From contig JAYWIR010000017.1 of the NCBI GenBank assembly GCA_036172245.1, positions 186,001 through 250,000 on the forward strand: 64,000 bases of DNA, in the 5' to 3' direction. The notes under the pieces were generated by a model. The model was not told the DNA's origin. It worked only from the letters and a program-made list of their open reading frames with translations, and ran no database searches. Made by a program: the position numbers and the translations under genes. This document shows, one piece after another, positions 47,401-58,700 of the stretch (the first letter of the stretch is position 1; every line of letters starts with the position of its first letter). The stretch comes from Raillietiella orientalis (lineage: Eukaryota).

Positions 47401-50400
47401 GAAAGATGGCACGAGGAAGTCGGCTCGGCTCCAGTGAAGTCCACGATGTGGAAGGCTATCCTTGCTATTAGCACAAGGCATGCATTTCCGGAATCGTCAG
47501 AGTTAAGTATGTTTTTGAGCTCATGGGCTTCTGCGGTCAGGCAAACGGTAGACCATACTGGTCCCGAAACACATGTGGTCCAATCTCGGTGCCCTCCTCA
47601 GAGCGCGCAGTGATCGGCTGGAATTCTTGACGAGAGGGTCAGAGGAAGGTGCTGGATGCGAATCTCCGTCCCGGTTCGTGCGGCTGTCGCTTCTCTTGAA
47701 GCCTCGGTTTGCGGAGATGCTGCTGTGGAGCGGGGTCGCCTTGCAGCCCGGTCGGCTCGGAGTGCCCAAAGACACGCCATCACTCTCGGGTGCCGCGCGC
47801 CCCCTCTTCTCGCGGCTTCCGGTGCCACCTCGATGGACCCATGTAAGAGCAGCGAGCATTGAGAGCGCCCGCAAGACTTCTCTGCATCCAACTTTTCCTG
47901 CTTCCGTCTCCTAGGTCGCGCACGCTCGCGACCTCCCGGATTTCACGCCGAGAGCTTTCTCCTTCCCGCAGCGCTCTTCAGAAAGCGGCTGGCTTCGAGC
48001 TTGGAGTCACTGATCTCGCTGGCCTGCTCCTCCCTCTCTTCGGCTTATGGAATGCAGGGAGCTTGTCCCGCACTCCGCTGGGGCTGCTCCAGCAACGCAG
48101 CGGAGTGCGATGTTTTGCATCGGCCGACGAGAGCTCTGCGGCGGCCCGTATAAGATCAAAGAACGAGCGAAACGTTTCCAAAAAAGGTGAAGCAATAAAG
48201 GAGATCATTGCTTACTCCAAGGGAAGCTCCTGGGATTCAGATCGATCTGATGCTGAGATGAGGATCGCAGTTCGTGGATGCTCGGGAAACGCATGGCCAT
48301 TATTCCCCGATTATGTTAATTTTCCTCCTCCGCCTTCAAAATGAGACTGCGAGCTCTTGCAAGTTCGCTTCTGGCTGGTTGGCAGGACTTCAGTTTTCTC
48401 TTTGCGTTTTTCCTCCTCCAGAGTGCCAAGTGCCCCCCGCGAAACGCATCTTCCATTCGCTCTTCAAGACTGGATAGTTTGACATCGCGGAAGCACCACA
48501 GAAACAGCAACGAAGAAAAGAGTGCGCAAGCGGTCTGTCAGTCGCGTCTTCGCTGTCGCCCTTGGATAGCTGCTCGTTGAAGCGCCATCGGCCGGCTAAG
48601 CGCCGACCGATGATTCCTGGTTCCCGCAGCGAGGCGAAATCACCCCTCATGGCTGATTGCATTCGTTTGTGTTGATGCTAGGATTGCATAACCGCACAGC
48701 TGAAATTTCTCGTTCCTTGACGGATGGCAGTCAGCAGCAGACGTGCAGCCTCTTCGTACCTGTTCCTTCACCTTTGGGAAAGGCGCTGAACGCTTGGAAC
48801 CATCGGATGGATGGCCTTCTCGGATTTCAGAACTGAGCAAGACCAAGTTTCGCATTCTCCAGAAGTAGGACAGGAACCAGGGATTCTGTTACCTCTGCAG
48901 AGTTTCCCCCTCAAAGCTTCACGAAACAGGAAAGGGCGAAAGGGAGAACGGAACTTTCGCGTTTCCATGTCTCGGATTGATGGGACAAGTCGCAAAGAAC
49001 AAAAAAGAAACAGAAATAAGGCAGGAAGAATTGCAGTTGTCTGGATTAGGGAACCGGCGGACTTTGATCGGAGGGGAGTTCTGCAGCTCTCAAGGGTATC
49101 CGACCCGCCGCCATGCCCGACGCACACCAGCTGGAGAGAGCAGGAGGTCATCGTATCCGCACTTACGGATCCTGGACTTACTCAAATGAGTAAGTCTAGG
49201 ATGGGAGCAGGCTGAGTGCTTCCAGAACGTGGGGTCATTCGAAGCAACTGACGAAGAGTCTTTAGCGGCGCAGAGTTTCATCCTGAAAGCCGTGGTTTCT
49301 TACACTCCATACGTCTCGGCTTGCAGGAGTGCCTGGCTGCCCGCTTCTCGAACCGCTGGTTACATCAGCGGTAGAAGCTGCGCTATCCCGAAGCAATCCG
49401 AGGTGTCTCGGGAGCGTCGACGAACCGATGAGACGAGCTCCATCTTGTTTCGAAGCTGTTCCCCTTGAGGCTTCGTTTCTTCTCTGCGACGGGCAGCCAT
49501 CCCGCTTCCCGCCGCGGCCCAGAGTCGCCTTTTTGGCAGCATGCGGCGATTCCCGGCGCGCAACTCTTAAAGGAGACTTGGCTGATGTTCTCTGGACTCT
49601 CGAACGATCCGAGGTCTCTCGACAGGACAGCGCTCAAGAGTGAGCACTGGGACCTGGGGATACACTGTTTCTTTCGCCTCAGAAGACGAAGTGTAAACAG
49701 CTTACATGATTCTGGAAGCTGCCAAGGAAGCGATGCTGGGTCGTGACGGGGTGGGATGACTGGCCGTCGCGGAGAAGAAACACCGCCGCAAGAACAGCCT
49801 CCGGACAAGATGGAGCTCGTGGTGGGAAAGGCGGGATAGAAATGCACCCGACCTCGAAGCGGCCTCCGCTCTGATTCTCTTGAACCAACAAAGCTGCAAG
49901 CGACGGCAGCATTGTCCGTCACTCCATCCGAATGAACGCGGGAGCTGGAGCTTTCGTCCTGGACGGCTCGTCTCCTTGACTCGTCAAATCGAGGCTCGTT
50001 CTCCCTGCTTCGGTCTTAGAACGGCACAAACGATGCTGCGCCAGCGCTGCACGAGAGCCACTGCAGAGTCTCTCAGAGAGCAGCAGACTCCAATTGGACT
50101 GCGCTAACCACGCGTACACGAAGCTTTGAGCCCGGTTTCCCATCCAAGAAGGAAAGGTCCAATGTTTTCAAAGAGCGACGGAGAACAAGCTGGACCACTT
50201 CTCCGCGCAGCCTGAAGCTTCGAAGTCCTCTTGCTAGAACTCTGCTGGCGATTCGCCGTCGCTTCTCGCATGCCATGTGTCCTGGCTTTTAGGAGTGGCT
50301 GGCTTCCCTCTTCGAGCGCCACGCCAATGGAAAGAAAAGAACTGATCCCACCACGATCCAGCAGCCAGACGGCCAGCCGACCAATTGCGGGGAACTTCTC

Positions 50401-53400
50401 AAAGAGCAGAGACAGGGTTCTGTCCTCGTCCCGTAGGACCAGCGCGTTTCGGGCTCTCTTCTTCACCGCAGCCAGCAGGAGAGGAAGATTTCAAATCCAA
50501 AGAAGCCTCTTGGAAATGGCTCCGAAGGGATTTCCACGCGATCTCCAGCCTGGCAGTATCCGGTCAACGGAGCGATCGGAGTGAGAAGCGAAATTCTTCC
50601 ACGATTAACAGCCCGGGCTTGGAGCCGAATCGCCCGCTGCCGCGCAGCTCGGCTTTCCGATTAGACATAGAACAATCGAGAAGTTTCGCGCTACTGTACG
50701 CTCGGCTCCAGCTCCGAGGCACGGGCAACGGGCGGAACACCTGTGACCCGTGCCGAAGACGCGACGATGTGCCGAATCTCAGAGCCTCTGGATGAGAGAC
50801 GCAGCCTGTCTCTCCGCTTCCTTCCAATCCGCCGAGGCGATGGGACGAGAGAAGGAGGAAGATGCTCTTCCACGCAGAGGTCGGAGTCAAACGCAGGGAC
50901 TTTAAGGGTTGGAGGCTGGTCACCCTCGAGGAAGAATGAAACAGGAAGGGCCTCAAGGTGCACCCTCGGGAAGAGGCAGCTTTGCCCTCGACACGCAGCA
51001 AAGATGGCAAGGTCACGCGCTTTCAGGTGGAAGCTCCGCCGAGCAACTCTGCCGATGGTTGAGTTCCGGGAAGATCACCTGCCTTGCAGCCGCCACCGGA
51101 ACCACGCGTGCACTCCAGAAAGAAACCTAGCTGCCCGAGATTCCTCGCACTCTCTTCCTTTCGCATTTTCCCATTGCTCTCCGTCATCTTTTTTTTCTGT
51201 TGCAGCTCAGAGGCCTGTCCGAAACGAATGATGTCAACTTTCTGTTGCTGCAGCGAACCGTTGCGAGGCATTTGGGTTCCCCAAGTGGGAAGCTGTTGAA
51301 CTTGGCACCGGGGACGATTGTCTGGTGGATCCCCCAGCGCAGCGCAGCTGCGACGGTCCTCCAAGCACGCCTCCGATTCCCTTCGCAGGACTCCGTAGGT
51401 TTTGAGTCGCAAAGCTCGGACAAGTCGAGTCACGGGCGAGCTCGGAAAGGGTGGATCGGAAGGTCCCCGCGGAAGGCGCCGGAGATTTTCAGTAGCTTCT
51501 CCGCGGGGAGCGCACGTGCCGAGGTCCAGCGACCTCTTGCGGCCAGAAGAGCCTCCCGAAGGCATGGATTTCGTTCAGTAACCCAGCAACCACAAGCTTG
51601 GGTGCACCTTCCGTGGACCTGACCCCAACCGACTTCGTCGCCTCGGTCAACGGGAGCTACAGGAGCTCGCCACGTGCAGAGGATCCTGCAGGTGGGATCA
51701 GTGCGGCAATATGCAGCAGAGCACCCTGCACGCGACCGGCTTTCCGAGCTGCGGAGGCGACAGTAACCCTCGTCTGTCCTCTGGGAGCCAAGACGTGCGT
51801 ATCCAAGAGCCTCGAAGAATGTTGCAAACCGGGACCGTACCTCCACGGAGGAAGAGGGTGGTAACGAGATCGCGCGGTCCACCGGGGTGACCTTCTCAGG
51901 GGCTGTCTTGGAGGCGGGCGGCACCGCGCGACGCGGGAGGAGAAGCATCGTCTGGCGCTATCCAGCAGTGCGGCTAAGGACTCGCAGCAGCATCGGAAGC
52001 GGCAGATGTCGGCAACGGCACCCACATACGACGCGTTTCTCCACCCCTCGTGGGAAAGTGGGCTCTCGCTTGCAGACTGCAGTGCTCTTGAAGGAGATCC
52101 CGGGAAAATACCCAATTCCCCTCTCCCCTTCTTCCGGATCATCCATCAGGTGGAAAAGCAGGGAGGAAGGAGGAGCACTTGTGTGGGAGCTCGAGCGACC
52201 TCCAGGCATCTTTAGGAGGGAAAGCGACGACTTCCTGCCCCTCGGAAAAAAGACCTCGTGCGGCTTGCGGGGGTGGACTCAGGCGCGAACGACCGCCCTC
52301 GCCAGCTCTCCATCGGGGTGGCTGAGGGTGATAAGGAGTGCGTAGGTGATAAGGAGAAGAAAGGAGGTCAATGGTGCGAAAATGGGAGTGGACCAGGAAC
52401 ACAGGTTTCCCACGCCTTTCCGAAACGCGGTGAGCCGCCGTGCGAGTTGCGGTGGCTGCGCTGTCCTGAGAGTGCAGTTTTCTCGAAGAATCGCCCTCCT
52501 GCCGGTGGTGTAGTGGATGTGGCGCGTGGAGCTGCCTCAGGGATGCTGCTAGAAAACGCGGTTCCCAAGGGGGCGGGTAAGCGGAAAGTCTGCGCTCGCG
52601 AAAGAAGGGATCGATCGAGATCGATGGCTCCTACCGTTTCGCTGGCACTCGTAGGCATCCATGCACTCGGATGACATGAACTGATCGATCAGAGCTCCCT
52701 TTCCCACTCCGGGCTGTCCCATAAGGACAACGGAGAACTTCTGCGAGGCCTCCCTCTCTCCATTGGCGCTTTCTTTCTGGCGTGTTTGGGTTGGGCTGGG
52801 TTTCTGCGGCGCGTCTTGGCGGCTTCTGATCGAAACGGAAGGCTCGGCCACGCTGTAGCTCCGGTTCCGCCTTTTGCGGATGGAGTCTCCTCTGTTGATG
52901 ATTTGTCCTTGGAAAAGCACGAGCGTTGGCAACAGAGACATGACAAGGACCGCGAAAGCATTCGCAGCAACAGCAGGAGTCCGAGACGCGATCGTCGACA
53001 AGAAGGGGGATTCCTTTTAGGAGATTGTGCAGGTGCGGGGAACGAAAGTCCCTCCCGCACCTGCTTGTGGAGTGCGTTGCCCTCCGACCCTTGTGGGGGA
53101 ACGTTTCGGGACCCCGGTTGGCAACTCCAGGGATGTTGTGAGGCTTCTCTTCACATGGGATGCCCAACCGTCAGCCGCAGCCTCAGCAGCCCTCTGCTGT
53201 ATCCGCGGGATTGCTGCGGCCTGGAGCGAGATTTAAGGAAGGCCGCGAGAGAGAGATGCCATCGAATGTGCACTCCGCTTTCTGCCGAGAGTAGCACGAT
53301 GCCCCCCCACCTGGGTGCTATCCAGACGGACGGCATCCCGGACAGGATACAGAGAGCACACTCCAGCGGACAGAGATCCCTTTTCAGACCCTCCAGTTTT

Positions 53401-55747
53401 CTCGTGTGAGTGTTTTTTATTTCGTGAACTTTCTTTTTCTTTTTGCTTTCCTCCTCCCCTCTGCTGCTGAGGCGAACCTTTCCGGTCCATCGCACTGGCA
53501 GCCCGCCAGGTCCACATACAAATTGAGTTTGCTAGGGCCGCATGACCTACCACAATTCGAGTTTCGTTGAATTTTAATAAACGTCCCGGCGGCTCCGGGT
53601 GAAAATCAAAAGAGCGAAAGAACATGGAAAATCGCCACTTCCGAGCGCCGCATTCGGGTGCGCCAGCAAGCGCTGCTCCATCGAGCTGGCGACCGTGGTG
53701 ATTGATGACCGGAAGCAGCCTCCGAGCGCACCTTGCCCACGCAAAAACTCGCTAGAAGGGTTCGTGACCCGGCAGCATCCCGGTAGAACGATGGCAGGAT
53801 GAACGGCGCACAGGGAGCGGAGACGTTGCGGATTCCGTTGTTGCGATCCCGATATGGAGGCTGTGATGGGAAGCCACGGCGTCGGGGGAAACGCGTCGTG
53901 CGCTGCGTGAGCATAGCGTGCCGCCGCCTCTAATTTTGGAAATTTTGGAATTGGGGAGTTGGAACTCTTCGGACGGCCTGTTCTTTCGGAAAACGCGTCG
54001 GCTCGCAGCGCGCATGCAGCGAGGCGTGCTGGAACACCACATCACGCACACCGCGGTCGCGAAGGTGCCGCGCCGAGTGGCGAGCAAACCGGAACCCGCT
54101 CTTCTCACCGTGCCAGGACGAGTTTCCGACTTTTCGAGCTCAAATTTGCGTACATGCGTGAACACCTTTTCCCCGCTTCGCTGCTTATGAAGCACCTTTC
54201 GTGCTCCCACGACCTTTAGCACCGTCCACGTTGCCTCGCGATGAACACGCTCTTTCTTGTGGGTACTCCAGTTATCGAAAAGACACCCATCTAGGGATAT
54301 CTTTTCCGCTTCAAAAGGAAAGTCCTCGATGCGTGCACCGAATGTTTCTACGTTCTGAAGAGAGGATCGGCTTAAAAAAAAAAACACACACACACACACA
54401 CACAAGAGAATATCTCTGCACTGGTGCGGATACACCAAGGACTGCTTGCTATATGGCTATAAGAAGATTCAAAATGGAAAATTCGTTTTTGATCATCCAT
54501 GATGAAAGTCGCCTCCTGCATGGAGAGAGCGCTGCATTTGTCATTACGTGCACCGCAGCTTGCACTCTGTTTAGTTCCGCCTTCATAGAGCGTAAATATC
54601 CCAATTCCCTACGAACCCCCAAAGACGAGTGCGTCCTTTACGCGGTGACTAATGACCCTCCGAGCACGACTTGGTGCGGTCTCAAGCCTGTTAGTTCGCA
54701 TGACAAAATCAATCTGTTCCTTTCTGTCGTAATGGGATTTTTACTGAGCTGTTGCATTCGCCGCTTCCGAATTTTCCCGATTTGGGGTGATCACTCGGTT
54801 TCCAGGTGATTTTTCCGGAGCCTGGTTTGGAGACAGCCTCGACCGGTGCCACCAAGGAATCACTCCTGCAGCGGCGCGAATGAGCTCGGCATCGAAAAGG
54901 ATGAAGACGGTGAAACGGACATCGGAAGGAATAATTCTCTCCGATTTTTTTCGTGTGTGTGTGTGTGTGTTTCTTTTTATGCTATCCAGATCAGACTTTC
55001 CCTCGATTCTGAGCTCGTGAATTCTCGCTGAGATGTTCCTAACGAAAATACGCCACGGGCACAACGTGGAGTCGGTGCTCGGACTTCACGAGACCATGCA
55101 TTTCGAAAGAGATCGAGATTTCGTTCCATGCTTCCCAACACTTCCCGCCAGCCAGGAGAAACATGACAAAACCCGGCTCCGGATCGCGAAGCAAAATCAT
55201 CCCTCCGGTCAACAAGGATTTAAGTGAATGTGTAGAGTTTACCTTTAGATCCAAGATCAAAGTTCCTTAACCTGATGGAGTCAGAATCATCGGCAGGAAT
55301 GGACACGAACGGAGGATTCTTAACTGGACCTGCACTAGCACGTCTTTTAATGGACACACCAGGTTTAAGAGTACTTTTGTTTTCGGGATGGCACTTCGTT
55401 CTGTTGCAAGCGTTGTCCTCATTTATGTTGATTTCCGATTTCCCGTTGACACACTCGACGAGAATACTGACAGGAGGGTGCTCATCCGATTTCTTCATCT
55501 CATTCTGTTGCAACCTGGAAACACTGCTAACTTTCCTCAAGAACGGATTGTACGAATTTTCTATGTCGTCATTAGGAGCATCAACTACAGTACGTCGTCT
55601 GTCAACGTTCGGACGGGAACCTTGAACTGCGCTTTTGGCTCTTCGAACTTTTCTGTTCCCGTTTGATTTTGTCACCACCAAGGCACTTGATGTCGACTTG
55701 AAGGAACTGTCCAAGTTCCCACTGCTCTTCCAGCCTGTTCTCTCCAT
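35176..55747 (-). CDS. Rgk: RGK-family (Rad/Gem/Kir/Rem) Ras-like small GTPase, 5 coding exons, ~438 aa
   Basis: Exons 55747-55243, 52907-52635, 41945-41863, 41808-41619, 35441-35176 (sum 1317 nt, phases 1,1,0,1 consistent, all GT-AG). Motifs: RLRNFDLGSKG|QIINRGDSIR (invertebrate RGK N-terminal motif), VVLMGQPGVGKGALIDQFMSSECMDAY, DGFILCYSIVDKGSF, ILAGNKIDLVRKREVS, CKWVEISVAISHNVDELLVGL, C-terminus KNCENLYSL* (RGK C-7 cysteine tail). The start may extend upstream if the acceptor at 55799-55800 is used. Confidence 0.9.
38084..38354 (-). pseudogene. nad6: Nuclear copy of mitochondrial NADH dehydrogenase subunit 6 (numt fragment) in RGK intron 4
   Basis: Begins ATA, reads (M)IPIVIVAPLFFLLLNP, then after one frameshift ..SITILISFFSMTS(R)YIIILHLVYTGAILTIFSYITSLSYDE, matching the ND6 signature SWY..ILFL.Y.GG.L..F.Y.TSL..NE. 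Strong C/T versus A/G strand skew typical of mtDNA. Confidence 0.7.
40045..40330 (-). mobile_element. Possible degenerate Helitron Rep fragment
   Basis: QLRGAGDARRDSLASFLRRLGPPLQITANPPTRREL..VLQVLQD..AEYKQRWW*SP resembles Helitron Rep motif 1 (LRG...W...L.AM.RQLG.P..F.T..NP.W.E) and motif 2 (E.Q.RG.PH.H); judged by eye only. Confidence 0.3.
41619..41808 (-). CDS. Rgk: RGK exon 4 (G4 NKID)
   Basis: CTTTTCAG acceptor; PDGFILCYSIVDKGSFQRIEELL..ILAGNKIDLVRKREVSQQ; donor AAG|GTTCCC. Confidence 0.88.
41863..41945 (-). CDS. Rgk: RGK exon 3
   Basis: TTTTCTCCAG acceptor; HRSVHIKLNDVQSEVTF; donor AAC|GTAAGT. Confidence 0.85.
45300..45640 (+). pseudogene. Possible mitochondrial-derived fragment (nad5 3' end-like)
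   Basis: Abrupt G/T-rich, lower-GC island. In invertebrate mito code it reads ..VMLKLSWFLLSMLVKSVPVWCIGGTMFLLDAGIL..SYSLLMVIAFLC, with TGA as Trp in hydrophobic context; loosely like the ND5 C-terminus (WFL..D.G). Confidence 0.3.
47080..47290 (-). pseudogene. Degenerate RING-H2 E3 ligase fragment (RNF13/RNF167/goliath-like)
   Basis: KPKRFQKGDYGDGWECAMCLKVRRPGNQL followed after a frameshift by PCLHDV, resembling HKFKKGD.YD.CAICL..Y..GDKL..LPC.H. Confidence 0.35.
49020..50890 (-). mobile_element. Fossil hAT-superfamily transposase (BED finger to C-terminal dimerisation domain)
   Basis: Motifs in the correct order on one strand: BED-like SAWKSIF..C..L.FGTSSRLRH (~50880-50750), VTDNAA (~49922), ETRWSS (~49445), dimerisation-like DPTFWKHSACSHPRLTHLSK (~49240-49190), then TSCS..GG..RTPLRSKSAGSLI (~49150-49040). 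Broken by many stops and frameshifts. Confidence 0.6.
51600..52300 (+). mobile_element. Possible fossil of an invertebrate DNA-transposon-associated ORF with flap-nuclease-like and CXC-type C-terminal motifs
   Basis: Ordered motifs PTDFVASVNG (cf. GCDFTASF.GKGK), KSLEECC..LHG (cf. LEEFVC.LYG), APTYDAFLH (cf. LPPT.DA...H), PIPLSP..W..LVW..PP (cf. P.P...GW...P.W); degenerate. Confidence 0.35.
52635..52907 (-). CDS. Rgk: RGK exon 2 (NRGDS motif and P-loop)
   Basis: TTTTCCAAG acceptor; QIINRGDSIRKRR..KFSVVLMGQPGVGKGALIDQFMSSEC; donor ACG|GTAGGA. Confidence 0.9.
54383..54404. repeat. (CA)n microsatellite after a poly-A run; similar short tracts at ~10817-10836, ~36374-36393 and (TG)n at ~54953-54970
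   Basis: Read directly from the sequence. Confidence 0.85.
55243..55747 (-). CDS. Rgk: RGK exon 1 (N-terminal extension)
   Basis: 175-aa ORF ending ..DSIRLRNFDLGSKG with donor AAG|GTAAAC, in phase with the next exon's INRGDS. Confidence 0.8.
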
Positions 55748-58700
55748 CTTGAAGCCGATTCCTCGTTTGTATTTCGCGTGTAAGTTGCTTAATTGGTTCT
55801 AATAAGTACTCTAGCAAAAAACGACCTTCCTCTCATTAGGATACTTGCGCACTGACACCCCAAAGATCAAGTTAGACAGCCTCATTGACATTTACTAAAT
55901 TCATTGGATTTTTAGCTCCTGTGTGTATGTGTTGTTGGGAGGTAGAATAACTTTCCAAGCGTGGGAATTGGAATTCCATCGACTGAGATGTATCGGAAGG
56001 GAGGTACATTGCGTTTATTTATAGACTTCACTTTGAGCACCCATCATGTTGAAAATGTTCTGCATGCCACCGACTCCCAGGTGCAGAAATTTCGTTCTAC
56101 TTGTTTTTTCCCCTCAAAAGCAAACTGCGGTAGTCACAATTCCCAGGTCTAATTTCAGAGTGGTGGATTTCCACAAGAGCGAGACGTGGATTGCATTTCT
56201 TTCTGATTTCTTTTCTTTTCTTTTCTTTTTTTTTCCCGTTGAAAAACCAGACTCCCGTTTAATGTTTCGCACCCTGACTTCCGCTTGCTGTCATTGCAGT
56301 CAATTCACGCAAAGGATCATTATTACTGATCATGTTGAACTCTTAATGTAGAGTGAGGTTTCGTTTTCTTCAGCTGCTCATTTATGTTTGATAGGGAAAT
56401 TTTTCCAAGACCAATCCCAGGGAACTCGAGAGTTGCTTTTGATATTCGGAAAACCCGAATCGCCTTTGCCAAACTCAGCTTTCTCCATTTCTCTCTTTCT
56501 TTTTTTTTTGAAATAACTGTTTCAAATTTATGAGCCCGCTGCTAAATAGGTTGTGAGTATTGTAAAATTTCAATCCAGCCTTCAAACTTCTCGAAATGTT
56601 GTAGATGAGCAACGTGGTGGAAGTAATAGAAGATAAATGTTAATTCTGTCTAATCTCCAGCTTACTAATGTGTGCATGTAAATTCACCAATAAGACTGGA
56701 ACTAGTAGTCGTTCATGCACACATACACATACAGAAATAAGTGTACTGAACTAAGCACTGGAATTTTTCGCAGCACCGGTTTCTTACAAACTCTTTTATT
56801 GGCTTTTATGAAAGTTGAGAAATGAAATGTAGCCTTCAACTGACAGATAGAACTTTATTGTCTTAATTTAACATACATGTTTCCAGTTGAATGTTATGTC
56901 CTCCTTGTGCCTGAACACATTACCTGAAAATTTACAAACTCTTCAAGATGTACTTTTCCTTGGAACAATTTTGATACGATTTACTTGATTTTCAGGTATC
57001 GTTCCAGAAGTCGCGATTTGGCCCACGGGAGACTACATTTGCTGCATCAGTAAGAGGATAAAACTTGTGTTTTTACGAGAGCAATCGAGTTTCCTTCAGC
57101 TTGGTGTTGGTAAAGGAATCGATGCGTGCTCCCCATATCTCCAATGCACGGTTTCCTCGTCTTCAATGAGAGAAACTTTTTTTGAAACTTTTCTTACTAC
57201 AAAATCGTTTCCTAAAGCAGCTGAGTGCTGGTGCACGCATCTGTAATCTACCCTATTACCCCATTAATAGTTGCTCTAAAATTCGCAAACTTCAGATTTC
57301 GAAGATCATGGAGATGAAAAGCGTTGTTCCTTCATTTTACCGTGGACAGTAAGAAGCCACTGCTGAAGACAGTTCAAGGTCTAGAAGGAATCACAATTCA
57401 ACGTGTTTGCGGCAGTGGATTCGAAAAGGTACACCTCGAATAGAGAAGTTTGCACTCAGTTTTTGAAAAATGAAGCATCAACGCTTGCTTCACTAGAGGA
57501 AATATTTCAAAGAAGTCAAAAAACTTGGCACTACGGTGATTGCGAGACAGTGATAAACTAGGATTGGCATTCTTTTTTAAACTCTTTTAAACCTTCAAAA
57601 CTCGCCTTCAGTAAAAGTGACCCCAATGAAAACATATGAAAAAATACCGAGTTTCTTAACTCAGCAAGTCAAGTCTTCTCAAAATCATCGCAACAACTAT
57701 TCACGAAACTCATCTGTAGCCGATTTTTTCTTTAAGCAGAAATCACCGAGCTGAAAGTGAATGAACGCAATCGGCAAAGTAATGAGATCAAAAGGCTTGA
57801 GCACAGGATTCTGAGTGACCTCTCCAGAAAACAACTAGCAAAGAACATTAAAATGCCACGAAGAATATATCAATTTCGTGTTCGAAAAACGGGGAATGGT
57901 GAGTCACAAAACCGGGATCCCACCAACCGGATTCCTGCAAAGTGAAACACAGTTTCGTTCCTCCTTGGATCCCGTTTTTATACAGGTGTGAAAGTTAAAT
58001 TACAAATCCCTCAAGACGACGAAGCCACTTTGCACAGACAACTGTAAATTTGCAGAATGGTGCAGAAAAACCCATGCGATTAACTTCGATCCACTTTGAC
58101 CTTAGCCAAAAAGTCCGAGGAGCGATTGCACTGAGAAAATCGTATGCCAAAGAATAATCATGAAATTTGGAAGATGTCCTTATAGGTTCAGCACAGCACA
58201 GGAGCTGCTTTTCATGGGAAGGCGCGGCTTTCCGAGTCGTTTCGGGGATGCAAGAGTGAGGATTTTAGAATGTTATGAAAATATTCCGCAATAAACCTTC
58301 ACCGACACTTCCTCTTCCCGTCTGGACAAACTCTTTCCACTCTCACTTCCCCTTCTGCAGATTCACAAACTCTTTCACGAGTGCGCTTGCTTCCAAAGAT
58401 CCAGAGGTTGCTTTCAACTTTAGGTGTACAGATGTGTTGACTTGACCCAAAGGAAGGTCACTTTCTTTGCAGATGCCTAGACGGACACTTAAGTTATTTG
58501 ACTGACTTCCGACGGACTCCGAACGATCGTTCCGCACGCTTCGCGATTGCCGAACCCCATCTTCCAAAGTCCTTTGACGATAATCTTGTAAATCGAAAGT
58601 ACTGAATTCGGTCATAATGCCTAATGTCTTGCTTTACTATAATTTGTGAAATTTCCTCATGGGAGAATCTTGTGCAAAATTTATTATACAACTAAAGATA

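Noticed and set aside
51640..51780. DEGYCRLRSS...VDRGDE (minus) as an alternative RGK first exon (RLR.F..NRGDS motif)
   Set aside because: It lies downstream of exon 2, the spacing is wrong, and the opposite strand is better explained as a transposon fossil.
53752..54438. 228-aa minus ORF with LFDNWSTHK (DDE-like)
   Set aside because: A single motif without the other catalytic residues, and the ORF runs through a microsatellite.
25500..55200. GC-rich block as bacterial contamination, horizontal transfer or an endogenous virus
   Set aside because: No gene-dense long ORFs or operon structure; spliced host RGK exons run through it in phase.
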